Assembly (NCBI GenBank): GCA_003962975.1
Contig: RXKC01000014.1
Location: forward strand, 898 to 64,897
Reading direction: 5' to 3'
DNA: 64,000 nt
From: Candidatus Saccharimonadota bacterium
Lineage (GTDB): Bacteria; Patescibacteriota; Saccharimonadia; Saccharimonadales; AWTP1-31
A program made the translations under genes and the position numbers. Of the stretch, positions 48,611-59,192 are shown piece by piece. The notes beneath the pieces were generated by a model. The model was not told the DNA's origin and searched no databases. It worked only from the letters and a program-made list of their open reading frames with translations. Within the stretch, counting starts at the first letter, position 1, and each line of letters begins with the position of its first letter.

Positions 48611-49606
48611 ATGCAACCACAAGCAGTAATTCCTCCCAAGAGATCCAGTCAAAAACGAAGATTATTTGGGTGGCTACTGACTATTGCTTTGTTGAGTGTT
48701 GTGTTTTGGCAACGCCTGAATATCATTGATTGGTGGTTACTGCGTGGCTATGAGCCTCCTGTCGAAGTGGTTGCTCTCGCAACCGACACAACCATGACAA
48801 ACCAAGCTCGAAAACTTTTCTACATAAATCGTCCTGAGGTTCAAGAAAAAGCGGCTTTTTACCAAAGTTGTGAAGATGGTGAAACATCAGTAGTTTTGGG
48901 CTGCTATAAACCACCGCGTGGAATATTCTTACTACAAGTCAGTGACCAACGTCTGGCAGGCATCGAAGAAGTAACCGCTGCACATGAAATGCTGCACGCT
49001 GCCTATGATCGGCTTAGTGACAAAGAAAGACAGCGTATTGGAACACTAGTACGTCTGGCCTACAAGGGTCTGGAAGGAACACCTGTTGGTGAAAAAATCG
49101 CCTTGTATGAAGAGGCCGGAGCAGACACCACAAACGAATTGCATTCAATCTTAGGTACAGAAGTCGCTAATCTACCTGCCGAACTTGAAGCTCATTATGC
49201 AAAATACTTCACGAAGCGTGCAGCAGTCGTGGCATTTTCGGATCAGTATCAAGCAGTTTTCACTGCTCGAAAACAGCGGGTAGCCGATCTAGACAAGCAA
49301 CTCGAAGATATTGAGAAACAAGTCGCCGATAACAATGCTAGTTTATTGTCTCAGGAAGCCACAATAAAGGCAGAGAGCGCTCGCCTAGATGTGCTACTGC
49401 GCAATGATCAAATAGGTGAATATAACCAGGGTGTAGCTGCCTATAATCAAAGTTTAGTTCCGTACCGAAGCTTGCTAAACCAAACTCGCAGCCTGATAGC
49501 TCAGTACAAAACAATCCTCGACGAACGCAATGCCGTCGCACTAGAAGTCCAGGCACTTGGCCGGGCACTAGACAGTAGTATCCAAACATCTGTCGAAGAA
49601 CGCTAA
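48611..49606 (+). CDS. Membrane-anchored hypothetical protein with an HExxH motif and a C-terminal coiled coil
   Basis: N-terminal TM (LFGWLLTIALLSVVFW), TAAHEMLHAAYD, and a heptad-like C-terminal ~120 aa. Confidence 0.5.
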   Translation: MQPQAVIPPKRSSQKRRLFGWLLTIALLSVVFWQRLNIIDWWLLRGYEPPVEVVALATDTTMTNQARKLFYINRPEVQEKAAFYQSCEDGETSVVLGCYKPPRGIFLLQVSDQRLAGIEEVTAAHEMLHAAYDRLSDKERQRIGTLVRLAYKGLEGTPVGEKIALYEEAGADTTNELHSILGTEVANLPAELEAHYAKYFTKRAAVVAFSDQYQAVFTARKQRVADLDKQLEDIEKQVADNNASLLSQEATIKAESARLDVLLRNDQIGEYNQGVAAYNQSLVPYRSLLNQTRSLIAQYKTILDERNAVALEVQALGRALDSSIQTSVEER

Positions 49607-49755
49607 GCCTGTTCAGGAGTTGCTCCTATAATTTTCTCGGCACGGTCCTCACTCGGGCTGTGGTTGATGTACCACAACCCGGCTGCGGAGGTGCCTCGAA
49701 AATATAGCACGCACCTCCTGCCACGCTCTGTTACACTAAAAGATAAGGAGAGAGT

Positions 49756-51102
49756 ATGGCGAAGAAGAATCTACGATACGAATGCAGTAACTGCGGTGCA
49801 ATCGCCAGCAGTTGGACTGGCCGCTGCCAGTCGTGTGGTGAATGGAACACACTGCAAGAACAGCTGCTAGTAGATTCTGTTAGCGAAGCTACGCGTGGGG
49901 GAACCACACTAAACCCCCAGAGCCTCAAGGCTGCCACCAAAAGCGGCAAAGAGCCACGCCTAATATCCGGTATGCAAGAAGTCGACAACGTACTTGGTGG
50001 TGGGTTTGTGGCCGGCAGTATCAATCTTATTGCCGGACAGCCAGGAATAGGTAAAAGTACATTGTTGCTTCAGCTAGCGAGCTTGGTTGCTAAAGAACAT
50101 AGTGTTTTGTATGTCAGTGGCGAAGAGTCAGTCCATCAGGTAGCCTTACGGGCAGAGCGACTGCAGGCTACAAGTTCAAAACTGCAAATTGTTTCTAGCT
50201 CTAGCACTGATGATATTGCAGCGACTATCTCATCTGGCAACTTTAAGCTAGTCGTAGTTGACTCTATTCAGACCGTCAGCTTGGCAGCTATTAGCTCGGC
50301 AGCAGGCAGCGTCAGCCAGATAACCAACAGCACCCATTTACTGAGCATGGTTGCCAAGCAGACTAACACCGCACTTGTACTGGTTGGTCATGTTACCAAA
50401 GAAGGTTCCATCGCAGGACCAAAAGTTTTAGAGCATGTTGTTGATGTAGTACTACAACTAGAAGGTGATCGCTATGGCGGCTTTAAGCTGCTACGTAGTA
50501 TTAAGAACCGTTTTGGTTCTACAAATGAGGCCGGCATTTTTGAGATGCAAGACAATGGCTTACAGCCTGTCGATAACCCATCGGCCGCGTTACTCGCCGA
50601 AAGGCAGGTTAGCGATGGTTCGGTCGTTTTAGCCACCATGGAAGGTACTCGGCCCTTACTCGTAGAAGTACAAGCTTTGGTTAATCGCACCAGCTATGGC
50701 TACCCTAAACGAGCAGCCAGTGGCATAGACCTCAACCGTGTTAACTTACTTATTGCTATGTTAGAGCGGCGCACCAAGCTCAACCTGGCCGATCAAGATA
50801 TTTACATTAATGTAGTTGGTGGCATCAAGATCAGCGAACCAGCGGCCGACCTAGCTGTTTGTATGGCAATCGCCAGTGCTAGTAAAGGCATGCAACTCAA
50901 ACAGAATGCAGTGGTGTTTGGTGAACTAGGACTCAGTGGCGAAGTACGCCACGTACCATTTATCGACAAGCGCGTAGCAGAAGCTAAGAAACTTGGTTTT
51001 GACGGTGCGATTGGCCCTGCCATACGTGGCGCCAAGAAACCCAACGGATTAACAACAGTTGCAACCGTGCGCGACGCCCTAAACAGCTTCCTCGAAAACT
51101 AA
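49756..51102 (+). CDS. radA: DNA repair protein RadA/Sms
   Basis: N-terminal Zn ribbon (YECSNCGAIASSWTGRCQSCGEWNT), Walker A GQPGIGKST, KNRFG, and a Lon-like C-terminal domain; AAGGAGAG RBS. Confidence 0.95.
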   Translation: MAKKNLRYECSNCGAIASSWTGRCQSCGEWNTLQEQLLVDSVSEATRGGTTLNPQSLKAATKSGKEPRLISGMQEVDNVLGGGFVAGSINLIAGQPGIGKSTLLLQLASLVAKEHSVLYVSGEESVHQVALRAERLQATSSKLQIVSSSSTDDIAATISSGNFKLVVVDSIQTVSLAAISSAAGSVSQITNSTHLLSMVAKQTNTALVLVGHVTKEGSIAGPKVLEHVVDVVLQLEGDRYGGFKLLRSIKNRFGSTNEAGIFEMQDNGLQPVDNPSAALLAERQVSDGSVVLATMEGTRPLLVEVQALVNRTSYGYPKRAASGIDLNRVNLLIAMLERRTKLNLADQDIYINVVGGIKISEPAADLAVCMAIASASKGMQLKQNAVVFGELGLSGEVRHVPFIDKRVAEAKKLGFDGAIGPAIRGAKKPNGLTTVATVRDALNSFLEN

Positions 51103-54092
51103 AGACTAATTATTGGTGATACAACTGAGCCAGTATTGTTCTTTACGTAAGCTTTTTTATTCATTCCACCAAATGAGGGGACAATAGCTGAGGTACCTGT
51201 AACATTTGAACAGTTGGTTGGATTAACATCACCATAACAAACTACGTAGTATGGTGCACCAATATTATTCCACGAAAGATTGTAGGGCCCATTGCCATCT
51301 GAATCTAACGTAAGCGACTGATTACCGCCACCAGTAACGGTGCCCGTTTCACTACTGGCCTCGTAAAGAACACTATCAATTATTTCAGCTCGAATCTGCT
51401 TATTACCAGTGAAGTCAGGAGTGTAGGTAAAGCTGGCCAGGCCAGATCCAGCATTATCCACCTGGAAGCTGCGCACTGTTTGGCCGTCTACGATATAGTT
51501 GACCGTGCCCTTAAACTTATCGCTCGACAAGGCATGAGTACCTTGTGTTACATCAACCGAAAGAATGTAGCTAGCACCGTTAGGATTAACGTTCAGAGCA
51601 ATTGATGGCTTAGAGTCTTCACACTTGTGTACATCGTCTTGTTCGGAGGTATTAGCGTTACCAGCCCCAGTTACAAAGCGGTCAGCAGAGAACTGGTTGG
51701 CAGACGCTCCAGTTACCTTTTCTTTGGCACGCTCAGGCGTACAGTTAGTGGCCAGCTTGTTAGAAACTTTATCAATAGTCTGACCTTCGGCTGTCTTGTT
51801 GTTACCTTTGTACCATGAAGGGAACAAGTCATTAGCAGCACTCGGTACTACGGCACCGAGACCTGGGTTGCTGCGCACCACAAAGGCGGGTAGGTTTTGC
51901 AAACCAGCGGGTTTTTCACGTTCGATAGGTTCGATTGTGTCGTGCGCTTTCTGCATAAAGCTGCGCCACATTGGCAGCGTCATGGTTTCCATAGTGCCTG
52001 ACATAACTCGCTGACGCGTGTGGTAGCCTACCCATACACCTGCTGCGTACTTGGTTGACATACCCATCATCCAACCGTCCTTAGAGTCGTTGGTGGTACC
52101 AGTCTTCATACCGAACTTCCAGTTCTTGTAGCGGTGGGGTTTCATGCCTCCAGGGAAGTAGCTTGCGTTTGGATCGGACAGAATATCGTTGATGATGTAA
52201 GCAGTCTCTGGTCGTACAGCCTGGGTACCCTTAGAAGGCTTCCATTCGTTAATGACTTTGTTAGATGCGTTGGTAATTTTTAGAATATATGTCTGAGGAA
52301 TATTAAGACCGTTACGCGACAAGCTAGCGTAGCCATGCACGTGCTCATCAAGTCGCAGGTAGGCACCGTCACCGATAGCAGATGAGGCATAACATGGCGC
52401 TTCGTTTGTGAGCGTTTCATCACCAGGCTCGTAACACTTGTAGCCACTCTTTAGACCCAGCTTTTCGGCTGTCTGAATGGTCTTGTCGATACCAGCGATG
52501 AGCATTGCTTTGACGGCAGGGACGTTACGTGAACCACCAAGCGCATAGCGAATAGTCATTGGGCCAGGGTAGCGAAAGTCATAGTTCTGCAAACAGTTAC
52601 CACCTTGTTGTGGTCGAGCTTTATTTGTACATGGGTAACCATCGACTGGCCCTTGCGTGTCATACAGGACACTTCCACCACCAGTGTTCGTTGTGTGCTC
52701 GATCATAGCTGTGTAGTCATAGGGTTTGAAGCTTGAGCCAGGGGGCAGCGGAGAAGTTGCGTAGTTAAACTGTCCGAATTCCTCGTTCGTGAAATCAACA
52801 CCACCAACGAGCGCAACCATTTGACCTGTCGTTACATCTTCAGCCGCAAAAGCTGCAGTGTCACCACCCTGTCGACGAACTTGTGCCATACCGTTTGCTA
52901 CAGCTTCTTCAGCCATAGTCTGTTTTTCGAGATCAAGTGTGGTTACTACTGTCCAACCACCAACTTTTACAGAGTCAACACCACGCTGTTCTTCTAGCTG
53001 TTTCTTAGCAGCCAGCACAAACCATGGCGCCTTAATACCAGCATACTTAGCCTGAGGTTCCTTAACCTTAGCGAGTACATCAACTTTCTTTGCTTCATCA
53101 CGTTGTTTCTTAGTGATCATACCTTGCTGCTCCATAAGCTCAAGGATGTAGTGTTGACGACCCACTAAAGCTTCTCGTGACTCTTGCTGGTTAGCCTTAT
53201 GGTAGGCACCGTATGGTGAATAGAACGAAGGTGACTGAGGAATTGCTGCCAAGAATGCAGCCTCTTCTAACGTAAGGTCTTTGGCGGCCTTCTGGAAGTA
53301 ATCTCGTGTTGCGGCCTCAACACCGTACTGTACGTTGCCGTATGGCGCTGTATTAAGATAGCCTGCGAGGATTTCTTGCTTCGAATAACTTCGCTCTAAT
53401 TCGACGGAGAGAATGAGCTCTTTAGCCTTTCGGGCATAGCTACGATCACGCGTCCAGTTTTGGGTGAGCTTTACGAGCTGTTGCGTAATAGTCGAGCCAC
53501 CCTGTTGTGTGCTACCGCCTGTGACGTTAGCCACACCGGCACGCATAATAGCTCTGACATCAAAACCACCGTGCTGAAAGAAGTCTTTGTCTTCAATAGC
53601 CACTGTAGCGTCTTTCATGAACTGGTTAATGTTCTTATCTTCGACCGGAATACGCTTCACGGCATCGTAGTCTTCCCAGAGCAATGTTTGGCCAGTGCGA
53701 TCGTAGTAGCGCACACTGCCTCCAAAGGTATTACCAGAGATATCACGTAGGTTTGGCAAATCTTTTCGGAAATAAGCGAACAGTCCAACTAGTAGCAAGA
53801 AGCCGGCAACTAATCCAACTCCCGTAATCTTGAGGGCCATGATGCCACCATCACGACTAAACCAATACTTATACATGCGCTTTGGCTGGAAGTGATACAG
53901 GAAGCGCTTGAGACGACCTTTAGGCAAATCGGCGAGACGCTCGGCCTTTCGATTTAGTTTCGCACTTTTACGAGCATTCAGTTTTTCACCAATGCTACGA
54001 TTAATCTTGATCGTTTTACCGCTCTTCGTGACGTGTTGGTTTTTTGCTGTCCGGGGACGACGCCGTGCGCCGCCAGTATTAGAGGTGCTCAT
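51099..54092 (-). CDS. Bifunctional class A penicillin-binding protein (PBP1A type) with a long C-terminal extension
   Basis: GT51 motifs (EDKDFFQHGGFD, GGSTITQQL) and transpeptidase motifs SSFKP (SxxK) and KTGT. About 250 extra C-terminal residues look beta-rich. Confidence 0.92.
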   Translation of the reverse strand: MSTSNTGGARRRPRTAKNQHVTKSGKTIKINRSIGEKLNARKSAKLNRKAERLADLPKGRLKRFLYHFQPKRMYKYWFSRDGGIMALKITGVGLVAGFLLLVGLFAYFRKDLPNLRDISGNTFGGSVRYYDRTGQTLLWEDYDAVKRIPVEDKNINQFMKDATVAIEDKDFFQHGGFDVRAIMRAGVANVTGGSTQQGGSTITQQLVKLTQNWTRDRSYARKAKELILSVELERSYSKQEILAGYLNTAPYGNVQYGVEAATRDYFQKAAKDLTLEEAAFLAAIPQSPSFYSPYGAYHKANQQESREALVGRQHYILELMEQQGMITKKQRDEAKKVDVLAKVKEPQAKYAGIKAPWFVLAAKKQLEEQRGVDSVKVGGWTVVTTLDLEKQTMAEEAVANGMAQVRRQGGDTAAFAAEDVTTGQMVALVGGVDFTNEEFGQFNYATSPLPPGSSFKPYDYTAMIEHTTNTGGGSVLYDTQGPVDGYPCTNKARPQQGGNCLQNYDFRYPGPMTIRYALGGSRNVPAVKAMLIAGIDKTIQTAEKLGLKSGYKCYEPGDETLTNEAPCYASSAIGDGAYLRLDEHVHGYASLSRNGLNIPQTYILKITNASNKVINEWKPSKGTQAVRPETAYIINDILSDPNASYFPGGMKPHRYKNWKFGMKTGTTNDSKDGWMMGMSTKYAAGVWVGYHTRQRVMSGTMETMTLPMWRSFMQKAHDTIEPIEREKPAGLQNLPAFVVRSNPGLGAVVPSAANDLFPSWYKGNNKTAEGQTIDKVSNKLATNCTPERAKEKVTGASANQFSADRFVTGAGNANTSEQDDVHKCEDSKPSIALNVNPNGASYILSVDVTQGTHALSSDKFKGTVNYIVDGQTVRSFQVDNAGSGLASFTYTPDFTGNKQIRAEIIDSVLYEASSETGTVTGGGNQSLTLDSDGNGPYNLSWNNIGAPYYVVCYGDVNPTNCSNVTGTSAIVPSFGGMNKKAYVKNNTGSVVSPIISL

Positions 54093-54207
54093 GTATTACC
54101 TTGCTACTCCTTTGATATGCATTTAGTATAGCAAATTCTGCGCTTAAACAAGCCACTTTATCGTAAGCACTATCTCCTCAGCGACAGTTTACGATATACT
54201 TATCTTT

Positions 54208-55464
54208 ATGAGTAAAATGACCCTTAGCCAAGAACTGACGTGGCGCGGTTTCGTAAACCAGACCACCTACAAAGACCCCAAGCAACTTGACGTTCAGCCA
54301 ATAACCTTCTATTTCGGCGTTGACCCGAGTGCTGTTTCTATGACAATTGGCAATCTTGCAGCAGCCATGATGGTTCGGGCATTCATTCGCGGCGGCCATA
54401 AAGCCGTGCTCCTCATCGGTGGTGCAACTGGGCTTATCGGTGACCCCGACGGCAAGTCTAGTGAGCGAAACTTAAAATCTCTTGAAGAAATCGCAGACTA
54501 CAAAGCTGGTATTGTTGCCCAATATAAAACAATCTTTGGCGACCTTGATTTTGAGGTTGTGGACAATTACGACTGGTTTAAAGACTTGGGCTACCTAGAG
54601 TTTTTGCGTGATGTCGGCAAACACGTGCCTATGCGCCAGATGCTTGGACGAGATTTTGTACAAAAACGCCTCGGTGAAGATGGGGCCGGCATTAGCTATG
54701 CTGAGTTCAGTTACGTACTTATCCAAGCGTACGACTTTCTACACCTGTCCAAAACAAAAGGTGCCAGCTTGCAATTGTGTGGCTCTGACCAGTGGGGCAA
54801 CAGTATTGCGGGCGTTGACCTTATCCGGCGCTTAACAGGTAAGGAAGCACACGTCTGGACAATCCCTCTCGTAGTAAACAAGGCAACCGGCCAGAAGTTT
54901 GGAAAGTCAGAGGATGGGGCAGTATGGCTCGACCCAACACTAACGTCTCCTTACAAGTTCTACCAATTCTGGCTCAATATGGACGACGATGGCGTTGAGG
55001 ATTACCTAAAGATTTACACTGAGCTTGATAAAGAAACTATTGAAGATGTCATGCAAAAGTTTAACGAGGATCGCAGTATTCGTTTAGCTCAAAAAACACT
55101 GGCTTTCGAGGTCACCTCGCTCGTGCACGGCAAAGACGTTGCCGAAAGCGTAACTCGAGTTAGCAAAGTACTTTTCGGCGGAACGCCATACGACAAACTT
55201 ACTGCAGCTGACTTTACACTTCTTAAACAGGACCTTGCTACTGTCGCCACGAGCGAAGCTGATGATCTAGCAGGGCTGTTGGTCGCGAGCAAGCTGGCCA
55301 GTTCGAAAACCGAAGCTCGACGTTTTATAGAAACTGGAGCCATTTATATCAATGGTCAGCAGGCCTCTGCAGATACCAGCCAAATCACCAAAGAACAGGC
55401 GATTCATGGCCATGTCATTTTGCGGCGCGGCAAAAACAACCAGGTTATAGTGACTGGTGTATAA
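54208..55464 (+). CDS. tyrS: Tyrosine--tRNA ligase
   Basis: Class I signature region (GVDPSAVSMTIGNL), a KFGKS (KMSKS-type) loop and a C-terminal S4-like domain. Confidence 0.93.
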   Translation: MSKMTLSQELTWRGFVNQTTYKDPKQLDVQPITFYFGVDPSAVSMTIGNLAAAMMVRAFIRGGHKAVLLIGGATGLIGDPDGKSSERNLKSLEEIADYKAGIVAQYKTIFGDLDFEVVDNYDWFKDLGYLEFLRDVGKHVPMRQMLGRDFVQKRLGEDGAGISYAEFSYVLIQAYDFLHLSKTKGASLQLCGSDQWGNSIAGVDLIRRLTGKEAHVWTIPLVVNKATGQKFGKSEDGAVWLDPTLTSPYKFYQFWLNMDDDGVEDYLKIYTELDKETIEDVMQKFNEDRSIRLAQKTLAFEVTSLVHGKDVAESVTRVSKVLFGGTPYDKLTAADFTLLKQDLATVATSEADDLAGLLVASKLASSKTEARRFIETGAIYINGQQASADTSQITKEQAIHGHVILRRGKNNQVIVTGV

Positions 55465-55510
55465 TCGCTTGTGAATTGTTTATTGATTAAAACCAAAGGA
55501 AACAAACCGT

Positions 55511-56272
55511 ATGCCAAAGGCTAAAAAAGCTAACCAATATGACGACCCAAGTTTTAACTATCTGAACTACTGGGACGGCCGTGACTACGAAAATGCAGCT
55601 GAGCAAATTGCTCTTAAGCGCCTACTCAAAGGTATGCGCTTTAAGCACGCTGCAGATATTGGCGGTGGATACGGGCGCCTATGCGTCTTCCTGAAAGATT
55701 ACGCCAGCAAAGTAACACTGGCTGAACCAAGTCAGCAGCAGCTCGATATTGGTAAGGAGTTTTTGCAGGGACATAAGAACATTGACATGGTCTTAACTCA
55801 ATCTGACGATCTAAAGCTCAAGGATAAATCAGTCGACCTCATCACCGTCATTCGGGTCATGCACCACTTGCCAGATCCTAGTAAGTCTTTTGCAGAGTTT
55901 AAGCGTGTTCTAAGTGACGACGGAATTTTGATTCTAGAAATCGCCAACAACGCTCATGCACTTAACCGCGTACGATACGCTCTAAAAGGCAAGGGAATTC
56001 CAAAAGATCCTGTCGATATCCGCTCAAGCAAGAATCGCAATGACAAAGAAATCGCTTTCGTAAACCACAACCCAAAGACTGTCATTAAGCAGCTGGCACA
56101 TGAAGGCCTTAAAGTTGAAAAGGTACTGTCGGTGTCTAACTTGCGTAGCCCAGCCCTTAAGAAGGTAGTACCTCAAGCTGTCATGCTCAATCTTGAAAAG
56201 GCTATGCAAAAGCCACTTGCTAAAAGCTTCTTTGGCCCCAGCACCTTCCTCCTCATCAAAAAAGCTAGCTAA
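55511..56272 (+). CDS. Class I SAM-dependent methyltransferase
   Basis: Motif I DIGGGYGRL and the Rossmann-fold methyltransferase layout. Confidence 0.8.
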   Translation: MPKAKKANQYDDPSFNYLNYWDGRDYENAAEQIALKRLLKGMRFKHAADIGGGYGRLCVFLKDYASKVTLAEPSQQQLDIGKEFLQGHKNIDMVLTQSDDLKLKDKSVDLITVIRVMHHLPDPSKSFAEFKRVLSDDGILILEIANNAHALNRVRYALKGKGIPKDPVDIRSSKNRNDKEIAFVNHNPKTVIKQLAHEGLKVEKVLSVSNLRSPALKKVVPQAVMLNLEKAMQKPLAKSFFGPSTFLLIKKAS

Positions 56273-56331
56273 GTTTACGTTTATTACCCAGAACTTCGCC
56301 AAGCACGCCCAAGATCGATATACTGAACACC

Positions 56332-58371
56332 ATGACTACACGTAGTCCGCTTGAGGAGGTTAAAGGAGTCGGTCCAGCTGCAGCAAAACTTTTTGGGCAG
56401 TTGGGTATTGAGACAATTGGTGATCTTATTCATTACTACCCGCGACGTTACGACGACTATTCGCACCTGCAACAAATCAAATCCATCAAGCCAGGTCACA
56501 TTACCATAAAGGCCGAGATCAAGCAGATTACAGGCCGATACGTGCGCCGCGGTATGCACATTACTGAAGCTATCGCTTCTGACGAAACTGGCAGTGTTCG
56601 TTTGGTGTGGTTTAACCAGCCGTACCGAGCAAATGGTATGAAGAGTGGACAGAGTTATTTTATTTCTGGAACGTTTGAGCTCACTCATCAGAAAATGGCT
56701 ATCATGAACCCAAGCACTGAGCGCGAAAGTGATTTTCCAGTAAACACTGCTCGCATTGTGCCTATTTACCGAGAGACCAAGGGCTTAAAGTCAGCGCAAA
56801 TCCGCAAAGCAGTAAAGTCAGTCGTGTCACTCGTATCTACATTGCCTGAGACATTGCCATCATGGGTGACTAAAGATAATAAACTCATGTCACGTAGCGA
56901 TGCTGTACTAGCCATGCACTTCCCAGACAACAGTCAGGTACTTGATCAGGCTCGTGAACGACTTGGCTTTGAAGAGTTATTTGAACTAGTACTTACGGCT
57001 CAGCTTATAAAACGCGATGCTCTCGATGAAAAGGCTCTGGCAATTCCATTCAAGCAAAAGCTAGCCGCCAGCTTTGTGAGCCACCTGCCGTTTAAACTGA
57101 CAGACGATCAAAAGCGTACAGTGTGGCAGATATACCAAGATATGCAACGCGAATCTCCAATGAATCGCCTGGTCGAAGGCGACGTCGGATCCGGTAAGAC
57201 TGTCGTAGCCACCATGGCTGCATTGATGGCAATGGAGCAGGGCTACCAAGTGGCGTTTATGGCGCCGACGGAGCTGCTAGCAAGGCAGCATGCCGAGACA
57301 ATTTATAACCTACTTGAACCTCTCGGGTATGCTGCCCAAGTCAGTTTGTTGGTAGGTAGCATGAAACCTAGGCAGAAAGAACAAGCGCGTGACCATATCA
57401 AAAGCGGTCGTGTCCGTTTCATAGTGGGTACGCATGCACTGATTCAAGAAAAAGTTGATATGCATAAACTTGGATTAGTAATTATCGATGAGCAACACCG
57501 TTTTGGCGTAGAGCAGCGCACAAAGCTCCAAACCAAAGCCGGCCACATGCCGCACGTTCTGTCTATGACGGCAACGCCTATTCCTCGTAGTCTTGCGCTA
57601 ACCGTCTACGGTGAACTAGACATTTCGATCATAGCCAGCAAGCCCAAGGATCGCCTGCCGATAAAAACCACCCTTATCTCGCCGAATTCACGAGCAGAAC
57701 TATACGAGCGAGTTGACGAACAAATCTCAGCCGGTCGACAAGTTTTTGTAGTCTGTCCGCTGGTTAAAGAATCACTAGCACTGGCGAAAACAAAGTCTGC
57801 CCAAGAAGTTCATAAAACGATCTCGCAAGGACCCTTCAAGCACCGCAAGGTTGGATTATTGCACGGTCAAATGAAAGGCGAAGACAAGGCAAAGGTAATG
57901 CAGGCTTTTCTGGACCGAGAGTACGACATTTTAGTAGCGACAACAGTTATTGAAGTAGGTGTCGATGTGCCAAACGCTACCGTCATGATGATAGAAAATG
58001 CGGACAGATTTGGCTTGGCACAACTTCACCAGCTCCGTGGCAGGGTAGGCCGGAGTCAGCACCAAGGCTATTGCTACGCCATCCTTAGTGATTCTCAAGC
58101 ACCCAGCAAACGCTTACGTGCCTTTGCGCAAACTACTGACGGTTTTCGTCTCAGCGAACTAGATCTAGAGCTACGGGGACCTGGGGCAATTTACGGCACC
58201 TTCCAGCACGGTCAGCTTGATCTGCGAATTGCTCGATTTACGGATACCAAGCAAATCAGTCTTGCCCGAAATGCTGCAAGGCGTTTTATCGAAAGCCATG
58301 AAAGCCTGTTACAATACAAGTATCTGGCAGCACGGGTTCATAAGCTCCGCGCCATAACCACCCTAAACTAA
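56332..58371 (+). CDS. recG: ATP-dependent DNA helicase RecG
   Basis: Wedge/OB domain, GDVGSGKT, DEQHRFG, and a TATPIPR-type motif; 679 aa. Confidence 0.93.
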   Translation: MTTRSPLEEVKGVGPAAAKLFGQLGIETIGDLIHYYPRRYDDYSHLQQIKSIKPGHITIKAEIKQITGRYVRRGMHITEAIASDETGSVRLVWFNQPYRANGMKSGQSYFISGTFELTHQKMAIMNPSTERESDFPVNTARIVPIYRETKGLKSAQIRKAVKSVVSLVSTLPETLPSWVTKDNKLMSRSDAVLAMHFPDNSQVLDQARERLGFEELFELVLTAQLIKRDALDEKALAIPFKQKLAASFVSHLPFKLTDDQKRTVWQIYQDMQRESPMNRLVEGDVGSGKTVVATMAALMAMEQGYQVAFMAPTELLARQHAETIYNLLEPLGYAAQVSLLVGSMKPRQKEQARDHIKSGRVRFIVGTHALIQEKVDMHKLGLVIIDEQHRFGVEQRTKLQTKAGHMPHVLSMTATPIPRSLALTVYGELDISIIASKPKDRLPIKTTLISPNSRAELYERVDEQISAGRQVFVVCPLVKESLALAKTKSAQEVHKTISQGPFKHRKVGLLHGQMKGEDKAKVMQAFLDREYDILVATTVIEVGVDVPNATVMMIENADRFGLAQLHQLRGRVGRSQHQGYCYAILSDSQAPSKRLRAFAQTTDGFRLSELDLELRGPGAIYGTFQHGQLDLRIARFTDTKQISLARNAARRFIESHESLLQYKYLAARVHKLRAITTLN

Positions 58372-58376
58372 TAAAC

Positions 58377-59192
58377 ATGTATTCTGGTACCACCCTCACA
58401 ACTGCCTCCGGGCGGGTCATGGGCGCTCATCAAAAGATTGATCGCATTGCTCGCAAGCACTTGCGACGACTTGGTGTAACTCGTCCTGCATTCCCAAGCT
58501 CACGCGATATTTTAAAGTTCGAAGGCAAGAACGGACCTGATGGTATTAAGCGAAAAAGTCCTGCTGTTAACGAACCTTGGCATTACTTCAACCCTTTTGA
58601 CGATGATGATAACACCCTCATTGACCTTATCGAACAACACTATAAACTCTTGGTTATTGCACTCCGGGACAGCGAAAAAGAGCGTGCCTCTTTCGAGGCA
58701 GCCTGGCTCGCCCACGCCCTAGTGGATGGCCTTACTCCAGCCCATCACTATCCTTATGAAGAAAAGCTCACCGAGCTCCGAGGCGGTGAAAGCATTGAAA
58801 CCAGAACAAGTATCAAAGAAAAACTCGTTATGCCAGGCGACACCAAACGTGAGCAAGTGAAGAACAACTGGAAGATGTGGGGACCAAAAGGCCTCATGAC
58901 AACTCATGGCCTATTTGAACTGGGTATTGCTGCTATTATTGCGCCACTTTCATTTGGCGAAAGCGTGCCAAGCGACCAAGACATCACTCGCATGAAAGAA
59001 CAGGGAATTGGTGAGTACTTTAAGCTACGTGCCCGAGAAATCGCAGTACTGGATATGTACCAACGATTTTATAAGAAAGGTTGGACAGCTAAGCTTTCGC
59101 TCGACGTACGTCAACGACTTATTCCTGAGATTATAAAAACTGTCTCACTTGCTTGGTACTGCGCACTAGAAGAATCAAAAAAGAAAAAGTAA
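58377..59192 (+). CDS. Hypothetical protein, possibly of the zinc-dependent phospholipase C / P1-nuclease-like helical superfamily
   Basis: His-containing helical motifs (GAHQKIDRIA; WHYFNP; AWLAHALVDGLTPAHH) resemble the metal-ligand arrangement of that superfamily. This is a weak call. Confidence 0.4.
   Translation: MYSGTTLTTASGRVMGAHQKIDRIARKHLRRLGVTRPAFPSSRDILKFEGKNGPDGIKRKSPAVNEPWHYFNPFDDDDNTLIDLIEQHYKLLVIALRDSEKERASFEAAWLAHALVDGLTPAHHYPYEEKLTELRGGESIETRTSIKEKLVMPGDTKREQVKNNWKMWGPKGLMTTHGLFELGIAAIIAPLSFGESVPSDQDITRMKEQGIGEYFKLRAREIAVLDMYQRFYKKGWTAKLSLDVRQRLIPEIIKTVSLAWYCALEESKKKK

Noticed and set aside
54093-54207. Possible T-box leaders upstream of tyrS, and likewise upstream of hisS at 63045-63120.
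   Set aside because: The intergenic regions are only ~115 and ~76 nt. I found no specifier-loop / T-box (AGGGUGGNACCGCG-like) sequence.
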